Shown piece by piece: positions 62,402-64,000 of a stretch of 64,000 bases of DNA (positions within the stretch are counted from its first letter, which is position 1; every line of letters starts with the position of its first letter). The translations under genes were made by a program, and so were the position numbers. The notes below the pieces were generated by a model, which ran no database searches, was not told where the DNA came from, and was given only the letters and a program-made list of their open reading frames with translations. The stretch spans positions 1,152,001 through 1,216,000 of the forward strand of contig CAVSTP010000004.1 of NCBI GenBank assembly GCA_963730935.1. Direction: 5' to 3'. The DNA is from an uncultured Nitrospiraceae bacterium. Its GTDB lineage: Bacteria > Nitrospirota > Nitrospiria > Nitrospirales > Nitrospiraceae.

Positions 62402-63832
62402 TTACAAGATTCGCTGTGCGGCGAGTCCGACGTCTGGCCGGTCTCGGAGTGCGATCTCCCCGCCACTTTCATGCTCGCTAAACTTGCTTTCCACGCGACA
62501 CAGATAACCGCCTGCGGCCAGGACGCAGAAGATCGGCATGACCGGCATCCGAAAACGGCTGTACGCTTCCGGTCCGCTGCTGACCAGAATCACATAGGCA
62601 GCCGTCAGGATCAGGACCGCGATGGCCCCGCTCCCAAGTCCATTGTGCTTGAGCAGGATACAAACACCGGTATACAGGACGCCGAGAAACACCAGACCAG
62701 ACGTCCATGAAGATAGTGCTGTCATCCAATCTCGCAATGGGAATCGTGCGAAGTCCAGTCGGAGGAAGGCTTCGCGGAGCGCCACGTTATCCGACCCGAA
62801 CAAGTGCGCCAAATTCGATGGTCCCAAGAGATTCGCCGCCGTACCCTGTAACGTCGTCCGGACGAGAAGGACCGGATGCTCGGCGACGACCACTTGCGCG
62901 AATCTGCCCTGGCTCTCCAGTAGCTGGGTCTGTGAGAGTCGAGGCAACTCCGGCGGGAGCAAAGCCGCGTGGTCCTGCGCCAGCCGCCGCTGAGCCTCCT
63001 GGAGAGAGATGCCATCTCGCATGGCAATGATGGCTGCGGCTTTTGCAATGAAGAGATACTGGTTCTTGGCCTGGCTGAATTGCGCCGAACCGGTGGAGAC
63101 GTAATTGCGGACCTGCCACCCCCCAACGGTCGCCGCGAACAGGAGCCACATGATCGCAGCCGACGCGAAGGCCGGCCGCCACCCCTTCGACCGTCGAATC
63201 ACCAGGAACAGCATCACCGGGAGCAGCATCCCGAGATAGTAGGCGGTCGGACGCGTATAGGTCGCCAGCGCCAGGCAAATTCCCGCCCAACACGGGTACC
63301 GAAGGGAGGGATGTTGTAACGCGTACGCCATGCCCAGGAGGCACAGCGTAAGGGCGGTGCCGAATAAAGTTTCGGTCAGCATGACCTGAGAGTAATAGAG
63401 CGAGACGGGATCGAGCGCCAGGAACATTGCCGCAAGAAGGCCGGCCCTGGAACCGAAGAGCAACGAGGCGATACGACACCCAGCGAGCATGGTCACCAGA
63501 CTTAATGCGATCTGGATCGCAACCACGGCGTGGGGACGGATGCCTGCGACGTGGTACAACCCGGAGAGAAGGAAAGGATAGGCTGGAGTCCTGATCGTCT
63601 CCGGTTCGAGCGGAGGAGTCACTGATTGCGAAAAGCTCCCGTGCTCAAGAATATTCAGTGCGAGCTGGTGGTATTCATGTGAATCGGAGCTCTCAAAGAT
63701 TCCCTGAGGATTGGAGCTGAAAAGCAGCATCCCGAGCGCCAGTTTGCTGAGCACACTCAGCAAAGCGACTATCACGAGTGACCGTCGTAGATGATCGCCG
63801 TCGGTCGGCAGGAGCGCAACAAGCCAAGTCAT
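62402..63832 (-). CDS. GT-C fold (ArnT/PMT-like) membrane glycosyltransferase
   Basis: DS.EY..LA.N, RTPAYP, LTETLF, W..RN, RFRMP; many TM helices. Likely start ATG 63832. Confidence 0.82.
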   Translation of the reverse strand: MTWLVALLPTDGDHLRRSLVIVALLSVLSKLALGMLLFSSNPQGIFESSDSHEYHQLALNILEHGSFSQSVTPPLEPETIRTPAYPFLLSGLYHVAGIRPHAVVAIQIALSLVTMLAGCRIASLLFGSRAGLLAAMFLALDPVSLYYSQVMLTETLFGTALTLCLLGMAYALQHPSLRYPCWAGICLALATYTRPTAYYLGMLLPVMLFLVIRRSKGWRPAFASAAIMWLLFAATVGGWQVRNYVSTGSAQFSQAKNQYLFIAKAAAIIAMRDGISLQEAQRRLAQDHAALLPPELPRLSQTQLLESQGRFAQVVVAEHPVLLVRTTLQGTAANLLGPSNLAHLFGSDNVALREAFLRLDFARFPLRDWMTALSSWTSGLVFLGVLYTGVCILLKHNGLGSGAIAVLILTAAYVILVSSGPEAYSRFRMPVMPIFCVLAAGGYLCRVESKFSEHESGGEIALRDRPDVGLAAQRIL

Positions 63833-63887
63833 GTCGCGTGAGGAGATGACGTTGATGTGAACGATCTTGTGAGATCGCGTACCTGGC

Positions 63888-63916
63888 ATTCTAACAAGAG
63901 CGTTCCGATGGTCCAG
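63888..63916 (-). promoter_or_regulatory. Candidate extended -10 promoter for the GT-C gene
   Basis: TG-T-TAGAAT, with CTGGAC 17 nt upstream. Confidence 0.35.
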
Positions 63917-64000
63917 GGAAATACGAATCATGACGATCAGCCGACAATCGGCAGCGCATAGTGAGCCGCTGTCAGGGGACGAGCCCAGTCTGCGCTTCAC

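Overview
Bacterial window, probably Nitrospira-like. This is inferred from the gene order glmU-glmS-gatC-panD-gatA-DUF948-YtxH-gatB-eno-ftsB-era-mgtE-recO and is not database-verified. Bases ~1-39,350 form a lower-GC accessory surface-polysaccharide island that runs off the left edge. It has (i) a >21.9-kb minus-strand operon led by a UpxY/NusG-type antiterminator, encoding two short OPX proteins, a beta-barrel, Wzm/Wzt, glycosyltransferases, a Wzy/WaaL-like protein, a deacetylase, DUF362 and five predicted amide-bond-forming enzymes; (ii) a divergent NarL/LuxR regulator; (iii) a nucleotide-sugar operon (rfbF, NTP-transferase, UXS-like SDR, NDP-sugar dehydrogenase, C-methyltransferase, DUF4910, class IV aminotransferase, two Zn-finger-fused methyltransferases); and (iv) PilZ/LuxR regulators and an sxtIJK-like carbamoyltransferase cassette. 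Bases ~39,360-59,970 are GC-rich housekeeping genes, followed by a GT2 / B12-radical-SAM / GT-C trio. The best candidate for an undescribed system is a glycan amidation/peptidylation module: two Cys-less asparagine-synthetase-fold paralogues, two ATP-grasp ligases, AsnB and a possible D-amino-acid transaminase. Several genes carry single-base frameshifts that look like long-read consensus errors. No rRNA, tRNA, CRISPR array or transposase was recognised.
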